A program made the position numbers and the translations under genes. 64,000 bases of DNA from contig NC_043022.1 of assembly GCF_006345805.1 (NCBI RefSeq), positions 6,634,001 to 6,698,000 on the forward strand. The letters are read 5' to 3'. The notes under the pieces are model-generated. The model searched no databases. It was not told the origin of the DNA and worked only from the letters and a program-made list of their open reading frames with translations. The stretch is from Octopus sinensis (lineage: Eukaryota). Shown piece after piece: positions 10,801 to 21,968 of the stretch (within the stretch, counting starts at the first letter, position 1; every line of letters begins with the position of its first letter).

Positions 10801-13551
10801 TTCGCTCCTTTGGCTCATCTCTTGAAGCTACGTGCCGTCCAGAGCCATCCTGCAATTGGGTAGTGTCCCACCAGCTTCCCACACACTGAGAGCAGTTCCC
10901 GTCTACTCATGCTGGTGCCCAGTTCGGGGAACTCGTTCCCTCGCCGGAACACCAATGCACCGGCATTGTCTCTCCATAGCTTGAGGCCCAGTGCAGCACC
11001 TACCTCCATTGCATCTGGTGGCTTGGCGATCAGTCCAAAACTCTTCAGGTGACCTATGACCTCCGTTGTTGGCATTACAGTTTCATCCACCAGAATGTCA
11101 TCAATGTACGAATTGGTGGCCCTTTTTACTCTGTCCACCTTTCCCAGGATGGCCTTGAGAATTGTTGCCATAATCTTTGGTGCTGAATTTAGCCCGAACC
11201 CCAACCTGGTCAGACAGTATGTCCGGCCCTTATACCTGACAAGCTGATAGTTCCACAGTCTCTCAGCCACATGCACCTGTAGGTATGCCAACTTCAAATC
11301 GACGATCATGGAGGCCCCTGTCACCTGCCTCCACTCTTGCAAGGTGTCCCCGCAGACATCTGTGGCCTCGCCGCCTCTATGACATGATACGTGGTCATTC
11401 AGCTCTCGGAAGTCAAGCACTGGCCTGACCTTATGCTTTGTGGGCTGTATCACTGCCATCAGTGGCAGGATTCCGCTCTCTTCTTTTTCCCAAGGGATCA
11501 ATATGCCCTCCTTAATCCACCGCTCCACCTCCCCCTTGAACTCACTTCCAGCATCTCCTTTTAGAGTTTGCTGATAGCAGCCCACTTTATTTTTTAACGT
11601 CAGGGGCTCTCCCTTCCAGTGCTTCTCCACTGTCCACCTCTGGCTATCGAAGACAGCCTGAAAGTCCTGGGTCCCCAATGCATACTTTTCTTCATGGTTC
11701 TCACCAATGCACAGTCTTGCATACACGGTTTCCCTGCAACCCGAATGTTACACAGGCCTCGTTGACAGTGACACCTCCTAAACAGGTGATTGCATCCATC
11801 CCCATCACCACATCAATCTCGTCCACCAAGTGGCCAACCACAATTGCTTGCAGCATCAGCTTTGTTCCTTGCACCATAATCTGTGCATCTGTAATGCCTT
11901 CACAGTGTACCTTTCTTCCATTGACTGCTCTTACACTGCTTTCTCCAATCCACGTCTCTACCACTTCTGGAGTCATGAGGGTCGTCGTACACCCTGTGTC
12001 CACAAGGGCTCGCGACATCTTCCCCTCCACCAGAATGTCGACTACAGGTAATGATGATTAACGCGCCTCTATTGATTTGAAGGGGCAACTACCAGCGCAG
12101 TAGTCTCCCTTAGACCGTTTCCCCGCAGACATTCGCTGGCTATATGTCCTGTTTCTTGACACCAGTAGCAAATGACCTTAGGCTTGGGTGACTTGCAGTC
12201 TCATACCATGTGCGGGCCCTGACACCGGAAACACTGTCCTTTGAATGGTCGCACACGTTCCTTGTTTGACCCCTCTCCACTACTCCTTGCTTGGCCACTT
12301 TTCATTGTTGCAGTCACTGCTACCAGTGGCGTCCTGCAACACAAAACTAGCACATGAGCACGAGATACAATGTCTGCCATCGTCATAGAGTTAATGTTCG
12401 GCAGCTTTTGCAACTCGACTGACATGTGGTCAGGAAAGCCAGTCACAAACGCTAACTTAACCGTTCGGTCCAGTGATTCTCCTTCATATCCTGCCAGTTT
12501 AACCAATCTTCTGTGTTCTTTTGCAAATACATTGACCTGTTTGCCAGACCATTTTGCTTTCCCCAGGCGAGTGTACGCTTCGAACATTCCCTCTGCAAAG
12601 GTCTCCATCAAACGGATTTCTATTTTTTCTACACTAAGTTGGTCCCTCTCTTCCATTTCTAGGTACAGTGCCAACACCAAACCATCTAGGTACACCAGTA
12701 TAACACTCACTAAGTCGTTTATACCGTGGAACTTCGCCACCAACTTCATCTTCAACCAAGCGACTACATCAGCGTCACCACAAAACGGTTTGACCATATC
12801 GTTCGAAATGCAGACTACACTCATCATTGGTTTTTTTTTTTTTTTTTTTTGTTATGGGCCGAAATAGCTTGTAGCGTGATGGAGGAAGAAGACAACAGAA
12901 AAAGAAGCCAACGGGAGAAAGAAATACAAAGACCTTACCTGTTGACCTAAGCGGGATAAGCGATCACTGTCAAGAAATAAATAAGTCCTTGCACGCTGCT
13001 GTCTCTGCTCGAACTGCCCGCACATGCTTCCTGCCCATGCATGCCTCATGGCTGTTCCACCAGCCCCTGCAGTCTTCACTTCCGTCTATCTAATCTGCAA
13101 TCCTCTCCACCAACACCACATAGCTCATCACAGCTCATAACACCACAAACATCACAATATACAACCAAAAATGGTCAACTTATACATCAAGACAACTTTG
13201 GAGGAGCAAAAATTCTAGTGAAGTTTGGAAAGATAGTGATGATTTTTGAATGTTTACACTATAAACAATGTCAACTGGTAAAACAGAAGTAAAGTAAGGT
13301 GGCATGGAATGTGTCATTTAACAGGCCAATCTTACCAATTCCAACATGAAGAATTAGATGTTAAAACGAAGAGAGTCAGGACATTTAATAATCTAATAAA
13401 ACTTAACCTTTGAGTATTTCTTCTTGGATTTTTTCTTATTTGAAGCATCTGTTATCATTTTCAATGTGTTATATCCATTGGCAACACTCGCACGCCATTT
13501 TGCATCTGACTGCCTTCGTCTTACACGGACTGAATTAGTGCGTCGAGCCAT
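1798..13551 (-). CDS. STRA8: STRA8-like atypical bHLH protein gene, multi-exon, ~400 aa; C-terminal exon structure uncertain
   Basis: Phase-compatible GT-AG exons 13551-13408, 8267-8192, 7037-6932, 5824-5701, 5427-4990, (2763-2635), 2504-2376, 1871-1798 give MARRTNSVRVRRRQSDAKWRASVANGYNTLKMITDASNKKKSKKKYSK|AHILQETVNHINFLESILANFLSEKKKFVDSG...DINEVRNEFS. This aligns with my recollection of human STRA8 (RRRLSQARHRATLAALFNNLRKTV...SKWQVLNKAKSHIPELEQTLDNLLKLKASF...SLEEVKKEY). An in-frame TAA lies 21 nt upstream of the ATG, right after an AG acceptor, so a non-coding 5' exon is implied. Confidence 0.8.
2376..2504 (-). CDS. exon (LSCGTSTFTPLKSPPIFDLGLSPITTPCIKQLNNYLPCGLYVP)
   Basis: ttttcttttcag| acceptor, CCG|gtaagc donor, 129 nt, phase 0-0. 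Confidence 0.7.
2635..2763 (-). CDS. candidate exon (RPLCYKNLNPGLQSWGSVIISPSISATRLGGIESDDNMALILE)
   Basis: 129 nt open, phase 0-0, GAG|gtatct donor; weak acceptor. Confidence 0.45.
4990..5427 (-). CDS. STRA8-like exon 5 (146 codons, low-complexity S/T/K/N-rich, TP/SP motifs)
   Basis: ttttacttatag| acceptor, CAG|gtaata donor, 438 nt fully open, overlaps ORF 4897..5268. Confidence 0.75.
5701..5824 (-). CDS. STRA8-like exon 4 (SSMMRKCNFLDDLLNEIYELDNQISPETGCFDSSQSPSETQ)
   Basis: ttacag|tag tandem acceptor, |gttaat donor, 124 nt, phase 2 to 0. Confidence 0.7.
6932..7037 (-). CDS. STRA8: STRA8-like exon 3 (KFVDSGLLPETSNILSDINEVRNEFSAKQAGIFS)
   Basis: tttattcag| acceptor, |gtaaat donor, 106 nt, phase 1 to 2. 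Confidence 0.8.
7704..8073 (-). mobile_element. non-autonomous Helitron
   Basis: 5' TCTCTATATAAA; 3' hairpin cccgagcaacgccggg followed by CTAG|T. Confidence 0.75.
8192..8267 (-). CDS. STRA8: STRA8-like exon 2 (helix 2, AHILQETVNHINFLESILANFLSEK)
   Basis: tttttcag| acceptor, |gtaaag donor, 76 nt, phase 0 to 1. Confidence 0.85.
8366..8819 (+). mobile_element. Tc1/mariner-pogo type MITE
   Basis: TA TSD; ~27-bp TIRs ccgtatttgacggcatataggacgcac / gtgcgtctaatatgccgtcaaatatga; internal D/E-rich coding relic. Confidence 0.8.
9094..9510. mobile_element. solo LTR (417 bp) inserted in a tRNA-SINE head
   Basis: TGTA...TACA termini, 4-bp TSD GACT (9090-9093, 9511-9514); removing it restores the SINE head. 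Confidence 0.8.
9884..10230 (-). mobile_element. RTE 3' UTR fragment (others at ~18850-19100, 45290-45557, 50750-50992, 51415-51670, 57990-58260, 59030-59480)
   Basis: matches the 3' UTR and (GAT)n tail of the 59715-60908 element. Confidence 0.8.
10650..13142 (-). mobile_element. 3'-truncated, degenerate Ty3/Gypsy LTR retrotransposon in intron 1 of the STRA8-like gene
   Basis: gag 12827-~12070 with two CCHC knuckles (CFRCQGPHMV*DC, CYWCQETGHIASEC), protease LVDTGC, RT (VLDFRELN, DLKLAYLQV, YIDDIL), start of RNase H (VWCDA); no integrase or second LTR; LTR-like unit 12850-13142 with TGTTATG...CATAACA termini. Confidence 0.9.
13408..13551 (-). CDS. STRA8: STRA8-like coding exon 1 (basic region, helix 1, loop; 48 codons)
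   Basis: ATG at 13551, open 144 nt, ends AAG|gttaag (phase 0). Confidence 0.85.
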
Positions 13552-14619
13552 GTTGGGAAAATTTTTAATTTACTGTTCAAAAAGGTAAAATAGTTGAAAA
13601 ATAAAAGAGATTTCAGTAAATAATTTTCAGGTAATTAATTTAAATAATAATTCCTACCATACAACCCTAAACCATCATGCCATATGCCTTCTCTTCATAT
13701 TGGTTTCAAATTTTGGCACAAGGCCAGGAATTTCAGGAGATGGGTTTAGTTGATCATATCAACTTCAGTATTCAAGTGACACATTTTACTGACTCCCAAA
13801 AACTGAAAGGTAAATCAACCCCAGCAACATTTGAACTCAGAAAGTAAAGTTAGACAAAATGCTGCTCAGAATTTTGTCCAGCACAGTAACAATTCTGCCA
13901 GTTTGCCATCTTACTTTCTGTTGTAAAGTGGTCTTTTGCCACTATTGTACCTGTCTTTTGGCGACGGTTGTTGCTCTGACAGATATTGTTATATCCCAAG
14001 TCATCAATAGAATGGTTCTATCTGGCACTGTACCACTCCCAGTCGTACAGTGTTATTAGCCTCAAAAGGTCAGATTGTTATAATGTCCACTCAGCATCAC
14101 AGTATAATTACTATATCAGCACAGACACAACTGTCAATCTTTTACCTTCTTGACCTTCTCTGTCAATTGACTACTGGTCTATTTATAATGGCTGGCTTAT
14201 ACAAATTGAGATAGGGGTTGTAAATGCAACCCTCCATGGGATAACATATATCCAATATACTGCTAGTGAAGTACCCAACAAAGTTAATACATAAATGTTA
14301 AGGACTGCGATGCAATCAATTCATTTACTGTATTATATGGGCAAAGGTAAAATGATTTACCACAAATTACTAATACAAGATAAGAAAATGGAGAAATACA
14401 TCTAAATCAAATATCAATTATCAGATAATACTCAATCACATACTTTATTAAACCACCACATAAGAGACTGTAGGGTTAAACATAGAAAAGCAGAACAAAT
14501 CAGTGTACATAAAGGAATGTACATAAAAAAGTGTACATAAAAGAGTAATGTTGTATAATAAGTAGAATATATATAAAAAAGAGAATATAAATATAAGTAA
14601 ATAAAATATAAGTATAGAT

Positions 14620-14752
14620 TACATCTTACAGCTGTTTCGGCCATGTAGATAAGTATGTCTCATTTTACCAATATTAGCCTTTTATGGTAGGTCGATATAT
14701 GGATATAAATGAGACATTTACAAAAGTATCATATGGCCTCTTCGGAGATATA
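14620..14752 (-). ncRNA. type I hammerhead-ribozyme-like motif with extended stem II
   Basis: tatatct-CCGAAGA-ggccat...atggcc-GAAA-c(agct)g-TA-agatgta; all three helices pair. Confidence 0.6.
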
Positions 14753-15061
14753 CATATACTTACACATCGCTGATCACAATGCGTTCGCATTGTTTTAGCC
14801 TTCGAATGACGCCACTCCGCTGGCTAAGCGAGCAGGCCAACAGAAGAAAGAGTAGGAGAAAGAGTGGTGAAAGAGTACAGCAGGGATCACCACCCCCTGC
14901 CGGAGCCTCGTGGAGCCTTTAGGTGTTTTCGCTCAATAAACACTCACGACGCCCGGTTTGGGAATCGAAACCGCGATTCCACGACCGCGAGTCCGCTGCC
15001 CTAACCACTGGGCCATTGCGCCTCCACTTATATATATATATATACATACATATATATATAT

Positions 15062-15270
15062 AGTTAATCCAAACAAGAAAGCACAAAAAAACAACAACGT
15101 GAGGACGTGGAACAAATATAGTATTATTGGACGCTCAGGAAAGAAGGAAAGAAGGAGGGTTTAACGTTTCGAGCGGAGTTCTTCGTCGGAAACATAGGAG
15201 AAGGAAAGATCCAGAGAAGGGAAGACAGAGGAAAAAAAATCGCCAACGGTACACACGCGGTCACATTTTG
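15062..15270 (-). mobile_element. ~200-bp Penelope-type short element with minimal hammerhead-like motif (copies 18235-18428 -, 19685-19882 +)
   Basis: gttt-CCGA(C/T)GA-stem II-GAAA-cg-TT-aaac; ends in (TA)n. Confidence 0.55.
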
Positions 15271-15291
15271 ACATATATGTATATGTTTATG

Positions 15292-15331
<40 letters not shown>

Positions 15332-16029
15332 CATATACATATATATGACAGGTTGCTTTCAGTTTCCATCTACCAAATCCACTTAGAAAGCTTTGGTTGG
15401 CCCAAGGCTATAAGAGAAGACACTTGATGCCCAAGATGTCACACAGTGGGACTGAACCCAGAACCATGTGGTTGGGAAGCAAACTTCTTATCACACAGCC
15501 ACACCTGTGCCTCTTTAACTCAAACTTATATTAACTGCACATTATCATCATCATTTAACGTCCATGATGGCATGAGTTGGACAGTTTGGCCAGACGTAGA
15601 AAGCTGGGGAGCTGCACCAGACTCTGATCTGATTTGTCATGGCTTCTACAGCTGGATGCCCTTCCTAATACCATTTTAGAAATTCCTACCAGTTGAATCA
15701 AGAAGCTATTAACAGAGATGATTTTTTTTCCTACACTACTTTTATCACCAGTTTTGTCATGAATTACTCTTGTTTCATTTTATTGTTTTTATCTCCACAA
15801 CTTACAAACATTTGCACCATTTCAAAGTTAGTAAAACAAAGAAGAGATTCATTATTATCAAAACACACCAAGTTTGTTGAAATTATATTTATCAAATCTT
15901 CCTGAGATATATTTAGAAAAATTATATCTTTAATACAAGAGAAAACTGTTCACATACTATATACAGAGAGAAAGAGAGAGGGGGGTATATATCTAGACTG
16001 GTGAGAGAGAGGAGAACAAGACACACACA

Positions 16030-16528
16030 TCTATATATATAAAACTGTAGTTGTGTGAGTGTCTGTCCCCTTCGATTTAGATTCCTAACTACTCCCACAT
16101 TTTGCGGTGCAGTTTAACCAAATTCAGGTATCTTATAGTCGTGATTCATATCGAGCCTGTCTGGCTATTAGCACGCGTCTACGATGAGTCTACGATTTTA
16201 AAAATAATTTAACATCATTTTTTATTCCATTTTAATGCATAATTTTTCGTGTGTCGATGGCAGCGGATTTGGTGTCCATGGTCACACCTGCACCTGTTTG
16301 CTTCTCCCTCGTGAAGCTGTGGGGAAGGGAGTGTAAGGAAATCAACGTCGTAAAGCGTTGTCAAGGAGACCAGCGTTCTTTTAGAACAACGACTTCATGG
16401 CTTGAAGACACCAAAACAGAAATGGCTAAGAAAGCCCGAATTGGCATCTATAAGGGAAGTAACTCTCTAAAAATGCTTATATAGTTATTTCCCTTACAAA
16501 CCCGAGCAACGCCGGGCGATACTGCTAG
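16030..16528 (+). mobile_element. non-autonomous Helitron
   Basis: A|TC...hairpin...CTAG|T, no TSD. Confidence 0.85.
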
Positions 16529-16749
16529 TATATACATATATATATATTTGCCATGCTGTACCTCTGAATTCTACATGTTTTTTTTAATTCTTAGTGTTTA
16601 TTTCCTCTTATTCCTTTCTGTTGAAGAGTGTAGGCTCAAAACATAAAAGACTTTTTCATTTTTCCCGAGTATCAAACTAATACACTTGCTTGTTGTTCAT
16701 ACACCTGTCTTGTTTTGTTTTTCTATAAATTTCAAGTATATGTGTATAC

Positions 16750-17152
16750 TCTTTTACTCTTTTATTTGTTTCAGTCATTTGACTGCGGCCATGCTGGAGC
16801 ACCACCTTTAATCGAGCAACTCGACCCCGGGACTTATTCTTTTGTAAGCCCAGTACTTATTCTATCGGTTACCGCTAAGTAACGAGGACATAAACACACC
16901 AGCATCGGTTGTCAAGCAATGCTAGGGGGACAAACACAGACACAAACACATACACACACATACATATATATATATATATACATATATACGACGGGCTTCT
17001 TTCAGTTTCCGTCTACCAAATCCACTCACAAGGCTTTGGTCGGCTCGAGGCTATAGTAGAAGACACTTGCCCAAGGTGCCATGCAGTAGGACTGAACCCG
17101 GAACCATGTGGCTGGTAAACAAGCTACTTACCACACAGCCACTCCTGCGCCT
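16750..17152 (-). mobile_element. SINE family A
   Basis: same consensus. Confidence 0.85.
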
Positions 17153-17620
17153 GTATATATAGTCCTTTCATAAATTAGTCGCAGGAGAGAGAGTTGCATT
17201 TGCGATCTTTAAAGACTATCTATGATAAGTAAAAGCAACTGGAGAAATATTTTATAAATTTACTGGTATTCTTGCTTTCTTTTAAAATCTGTCTTTCCTC
17301 CCCAGCTTCCCAACTCTGGTAAAAAACGTCCAACCCATGCCAACATGGACAATGGCCATTAAGTGATGATGATGATAATGATATATATATTAATATACAT
17401 GTATATATATAATGATTTTCTTAAACGCTATTAGCTGTTTAACCCTTTAGTGCTTAAACTGGCTAAAATCTTGAAGCTATGAGATAATCCATGATGAACT
17501 CAAAGGAATGTGAATAAATATGCATTACATTTGGCAGAATAATCTAAATGCTGAAGGGTTAAAAAAAGATTTTTTTGAAAAGCAAAATGGCATGAACCTT
17601 TTGCAAAGAAGTTTACATAT

Positions 17621-18032
17621 AGGCGCAGGAGTGGCTGTGTGGTAAGTAGCTTGCTAACCAACCACATGGTTCCGGGTTCAATCCCACTGCGTGGCATCTT
17701 GGGCAAGTGTCTTCTGCTATAGCCCCGGGCCGACCAATGCCTTGTGAGTGGATTTGGTAGACGGAAACTGAAAGAAGCCTGTCGTATATATGTATATATA
17801 TATATGTATGTGTGTGTGTTTGTGTGTCTGTGTTTGTTCCCCTAGCATTGCTTGACAACCGATGCTGGTGTGTTTATGTCCCCGTCACTTAGCGGTTCGG
17901 CAAAAAGAGACCGATAGAATAAGTACTGGGCTTACAAAAAGAATAAGTCCCGGGGTCGAGTTGCTCGATTAAAGGCGGTGCTCCAGCATGGCCGCAGTCA
18001 AATGACTGAAACAAGTAAAAAAAAAAAAGAGT
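17621..18032 (+). mobile_element. SINE family A
   Basis: same consensus. Confidence 0.85.
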
Positions 18033-18468
18033 AATATTGTATGTAAGCGCTTGTGTTGTTCAACTTTTCAAATCACATGTTATAGGCTAATCCAGAGAAA
18101 GAGAGAGACAGACAGACAGGCAGAGATGTACTTACACATGAATATGTACATATAAGAAATATACACATATATATACATATACACCTATGCATACATATAC
18201 ACATGTGCATTCATATATATATATATATATATAAAGTTAATTCAAACATGAAAACACAAAGAGAAAACACAACAACGCGAGGATGTGGAACAAATATAGT
18301 ATTATTGGACACGCAGGAAGGAAGGGAAGAAGGAGGGTTTAACGTTTCAAGTGGAGCTCTTCATCGGAAACATAGGAGAAGGAAAGATCCAGAGAAGGGA
18401 AGACAGAGGAAAAAAATCGCCAACGGTACATCTATATACATCTATACATACACACACATGCATATGCC

Positions 18469-18521
<53 letters not shown>

Positions 18522-19299
18522 AACACACAGATACACACATTTCCCAAAGACTCTTTTTCAGAAAGCTCTTGCTGACTTGCAACACCCACCAGAGATGGTG
18601 TTTTTTGAACCAAGGACATAACTCTTAACTTAACCCTTGCTCGGCTCGTTTCATTATCTTTTTCACAGCAACCACAAACAAATGTGTCTGTTCACCACCA
18701 ACAATAGAGAGCAGTCAACATATTTCATTCCATAACTGCCACCTCTGAAGAGCACAGGGTTACATAATTGGACTGTTACCTAAAACTCTGTTGAACCCCT
18801 AGTGTGAAACTGATTGGTAAAATTAACCGAGATGGATATATAATACTGTCATCATCATCATTATCATATAACGTCCCTTTTCCATGCTGGCATGGGTTGA
18901 ACAGTTTCACTGAAGTCTAGAGAGCCAGCGGCTGCACCAGGCTCCAATCTGATCTGGCAATGTTTCAACAGTTGGATGCCCTTCCTAACACCAACCACTC
19001 TGAGAGTATAGTAGGTGCTTTTTATGTGCCACAGGCACAGGAGTCAGTCAGGCAGGTCTGGTATCAATCATGGTCAGATAGTGCTTTTTACGTGCCACCA
19101 GCACACTTCAATATATTAATACATACATATATATATATGTGTGTGTGTGTAAATATAATTAAATGTCTAACAATGGGAATGCATGCTCAACACTGCATTG
19201 ATAGATAAAAAATTCTTTATGTATTAAAGCTACCATTCATTTCCTGTTAAAAATATCTTAATATCTTAGCAATCACATGAAGGAATGGTGTTCATCTCC

Positions 19300-19338
<39 letters not shown>

Positions 19339-19890
19339 GTGGCACTCCATCGGTTATGATCAACGGAACAGCTTGCTTCTGAAATTAACGTGCCAGTGGC
19401 TGAGCACTCCACAGACACATGTACCCTTAATGTAGTTCTCAGGGAGATTCAGCGTGACACAGCATGTAACAAGGCTGACCCTTTGAAATACAGGTACGAG
19501 AGAAACAGGAAGAAAGAGTGAGAGAAAGTTGTGGTGAAAGAGTACAGCAGGGTTCATGACCACCCCCTGAGATTTAGGTGTTTCCACTCAATAAACACTC
19601 ACGGCACCCATCTGAGGATCGAAACCACAATCCTATGATCACAAGTTCACTGCCCTAACCGCTGCGCCACTGCCCCTATTCAAAATGTGACCGCATGTGT
19701 ACCGTTGGTGATTTTTTTTCTCTGTCTACCCTTCTCTGGATCTTTCCTTCTCCTGTTTCCGACGAAAAGCTCCGCTCGAAACATTAAACCCTCCTTCTTT
19801 CTTGAGCGTCCAATAATACTTTATTTGTTCCACATCCTCGTGTTGTTGCGTTTTTTTGTGCTTTCATGTTTGGATTAACTTTATATATAT

Positions 19891-20818
19891 ATGCTCAGAG
19901 CAAAAGGCAGACTGTATGACGCGTGTGTACGAACAGCCATGCTACATGGCAGTGAAACATGGGCCATGACTGCTGAGGATATGCGTAAGCTCGCAAGAAA
20001 TAAAGCCAGTATGCTCCGATGGATGTGTAATGTCAGTGTTCATACTCGACAGAGTGTAAGTACTTTGAGAGAAAAGCTGGACCTAAGAAGCATCAGAAGT
20101 GGTGTGCAAGAGAGACGTTTGCGCTGGTATGGTCATGTGGCGAGAATGGATGAAGATAGTTGTGTGAAAAAGTGCCACACCCTAGCGGTTGAGGGAACCT
20201 GTGGAAGAGGCAGACCCAGGAAAACCTGGGACAAGGTGGTGAAGCACGACCTTCGAACTTTAGGTCTCACTGAGGAAATGACTAGAGACCAAGACCTCTG
20301 GAAGTATGCTGTGCGTGAGAAGACCCGGCAGGACAAGTGAGACCATAACCCGTGGCATTCTACACGGGATGTAGCCAGCCCACTTATGCATACCTTCCCT
20401 TCTTGGGACACAAAACTCTACTTGTGAAGACCTGTTGAGGCAAGTGAGAATCAAAATCAGAATCCAAATCGATCAAATGGAAATTGCAGCTGAGATACCA
20501 GTGCCGGTGGCACGTGAGAGAACCATCCGAACGTGGCCGATGCCAGCTCCGCCCCGACTGGCCTCGTGCCGGCGGCACGTAAAAAGCACCATCCGTTCAT
20601 GGCCGTTGCCAGCCCTGCCTGGCCCCCGTGCCGGTGACACGTAAAAAGCACCCACTACACTCATGGAGTGGTTGGCGTTAGGAAGGGCATCCAACCGTAG
20701 AAACATTGCCAGATCAGACTGGGCCTGGTGCAGCCTTCTGGCTTCCCAAACCCCAGTTGAACCGTCCAACCCATGCTAGCAAGGAAAGCGGATGCTAAAC
20801 GATGATGATGATGATGAT
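19891..20818 (+). mobile_element. 5'-truncated RTE-type LINE
   Basis: near-identical to the 59858-60322 ORF and 3' UTR, (GAT)n tail. Confidence 0.9.
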
Positions 20819-20942
20819 GATATACAGCCTTCAGCCATATTATGTTGAAAGCACAAGTTCTCATCCAATCACTGAAGTTAAGCAACATCAACCCCTAGTG
20901 AGTACTTAGATGGGTGATTGCTTAGGAAACCTACGTGGCGTT

Positions 20943-21313
20943 AGGCGCAGGCGTGGCTGTGTGGTCAGTAGCTTGTTTACCAATCACATGGTTCCGGGTT
21001 CAGGCCCACTGTGTGGCACCTTGGGCCAACCAAGCCTTGTGGATTTGGCAGACAGAAATTGAAAGAAGCCCAGTGTATGTATGTGTATGTGTGTGTGTAT
21101 GTGTGCGTGTGTGTGTTTCTGTGTTCCCCCAACATCGCTTGATAACCGATGTTGGTGTGTTTACGTCCCCATAACTTAGCAGTTCAGCAAAAAGGACCAA
21201 TAGAATGAGTACTAGGCTTACAAAGAATAAGTCCTGGGGTCGATTTGTTCAACTAAAGGCAGTGCTCCAGCATCGCCGCAGTCAAATGACTGAAACAAGT
21301 AAAAAAGTAAAAG
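20943..21313 (+). mobile_element. SINE family A (diverged)
   Basis: same consensus. Confidence 0.8.
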
Positions 21314-21329
21314 AATATATATATATATA

Positions 21330-21841
21330 TATATATAAAACTGTAGTTGTGTGAGTGTCTGTCCCCTTCGATTTAGATTCCTAACTCCTCCCACATTTTG
21401 CGGTGCAGTTTAACCAAATTCGGGTATCTTATAGTCGTGATTAATATCAAGCCCGTCTGGCTATTAGCGCGCGTCTACGATGTGTCTACGATTTTAAAAA
21501 TAATTTAACATCATTTTTTATTCCATTTTAATGCATAATTTTTCGTGTGTCGATGGCGGCGGAGTTGGCATCCACGCTCAAACACCTGCACCTGTGTTGC
21601 TTCTTCCCCTTCTTCCCTCCCTCGTGAAGCTGTGGGGAAGGGAGTTTAAGGAAATCAACGTCGTAATGCGTTGTCAAGGAGACCAGCGTTCTTTTAGAAC
21701 AACGACTTCATGGCTTGAAGACACCAAAACAGAAATGGCTAAGAAAGCCCGAATTGGCATCTATAAAGGAAGTAACTCTCTAAAAATGCTTATATAGTTA
21801 TTTCCCTTACAAACCCGAGCAACGCCGGGCGATACTGCTAG
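21330..21841 (+). mobile_element. non-autonomous Helitron (sister of 16030 copy)
   Basis: same internal sequence, CTAG|T end; 5' end merges into (TA)n. Confidence 0.8.
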
Positions 21842-21936
21842 TTATATATATTACTATAAATTAGATTCAATCCTAAATATGATTTTTCCCTGTAAGTTTG
21901 GATTTATTCCCTAATATTTATTATTATATATATATA

Positions 21937-21968
<32 letters not shown>

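Noticed and set aside
11056-12867. Plus-strand ORFs of 63-165 aa
   Set aside because: Antisense shadows of Gypsy gag/pol
9094-13142. Full-length Gypsy bounded by two LTRs
   Set aside because: The two LTR-like units are unrelated in sequence; the 9094 unit has its own TSD; no integrase
14950-15027. tRNA-Arg-like gene
   Set aside because: A/B boxes present but no acceptor-stem closure; continues into a SINE body found in many copies
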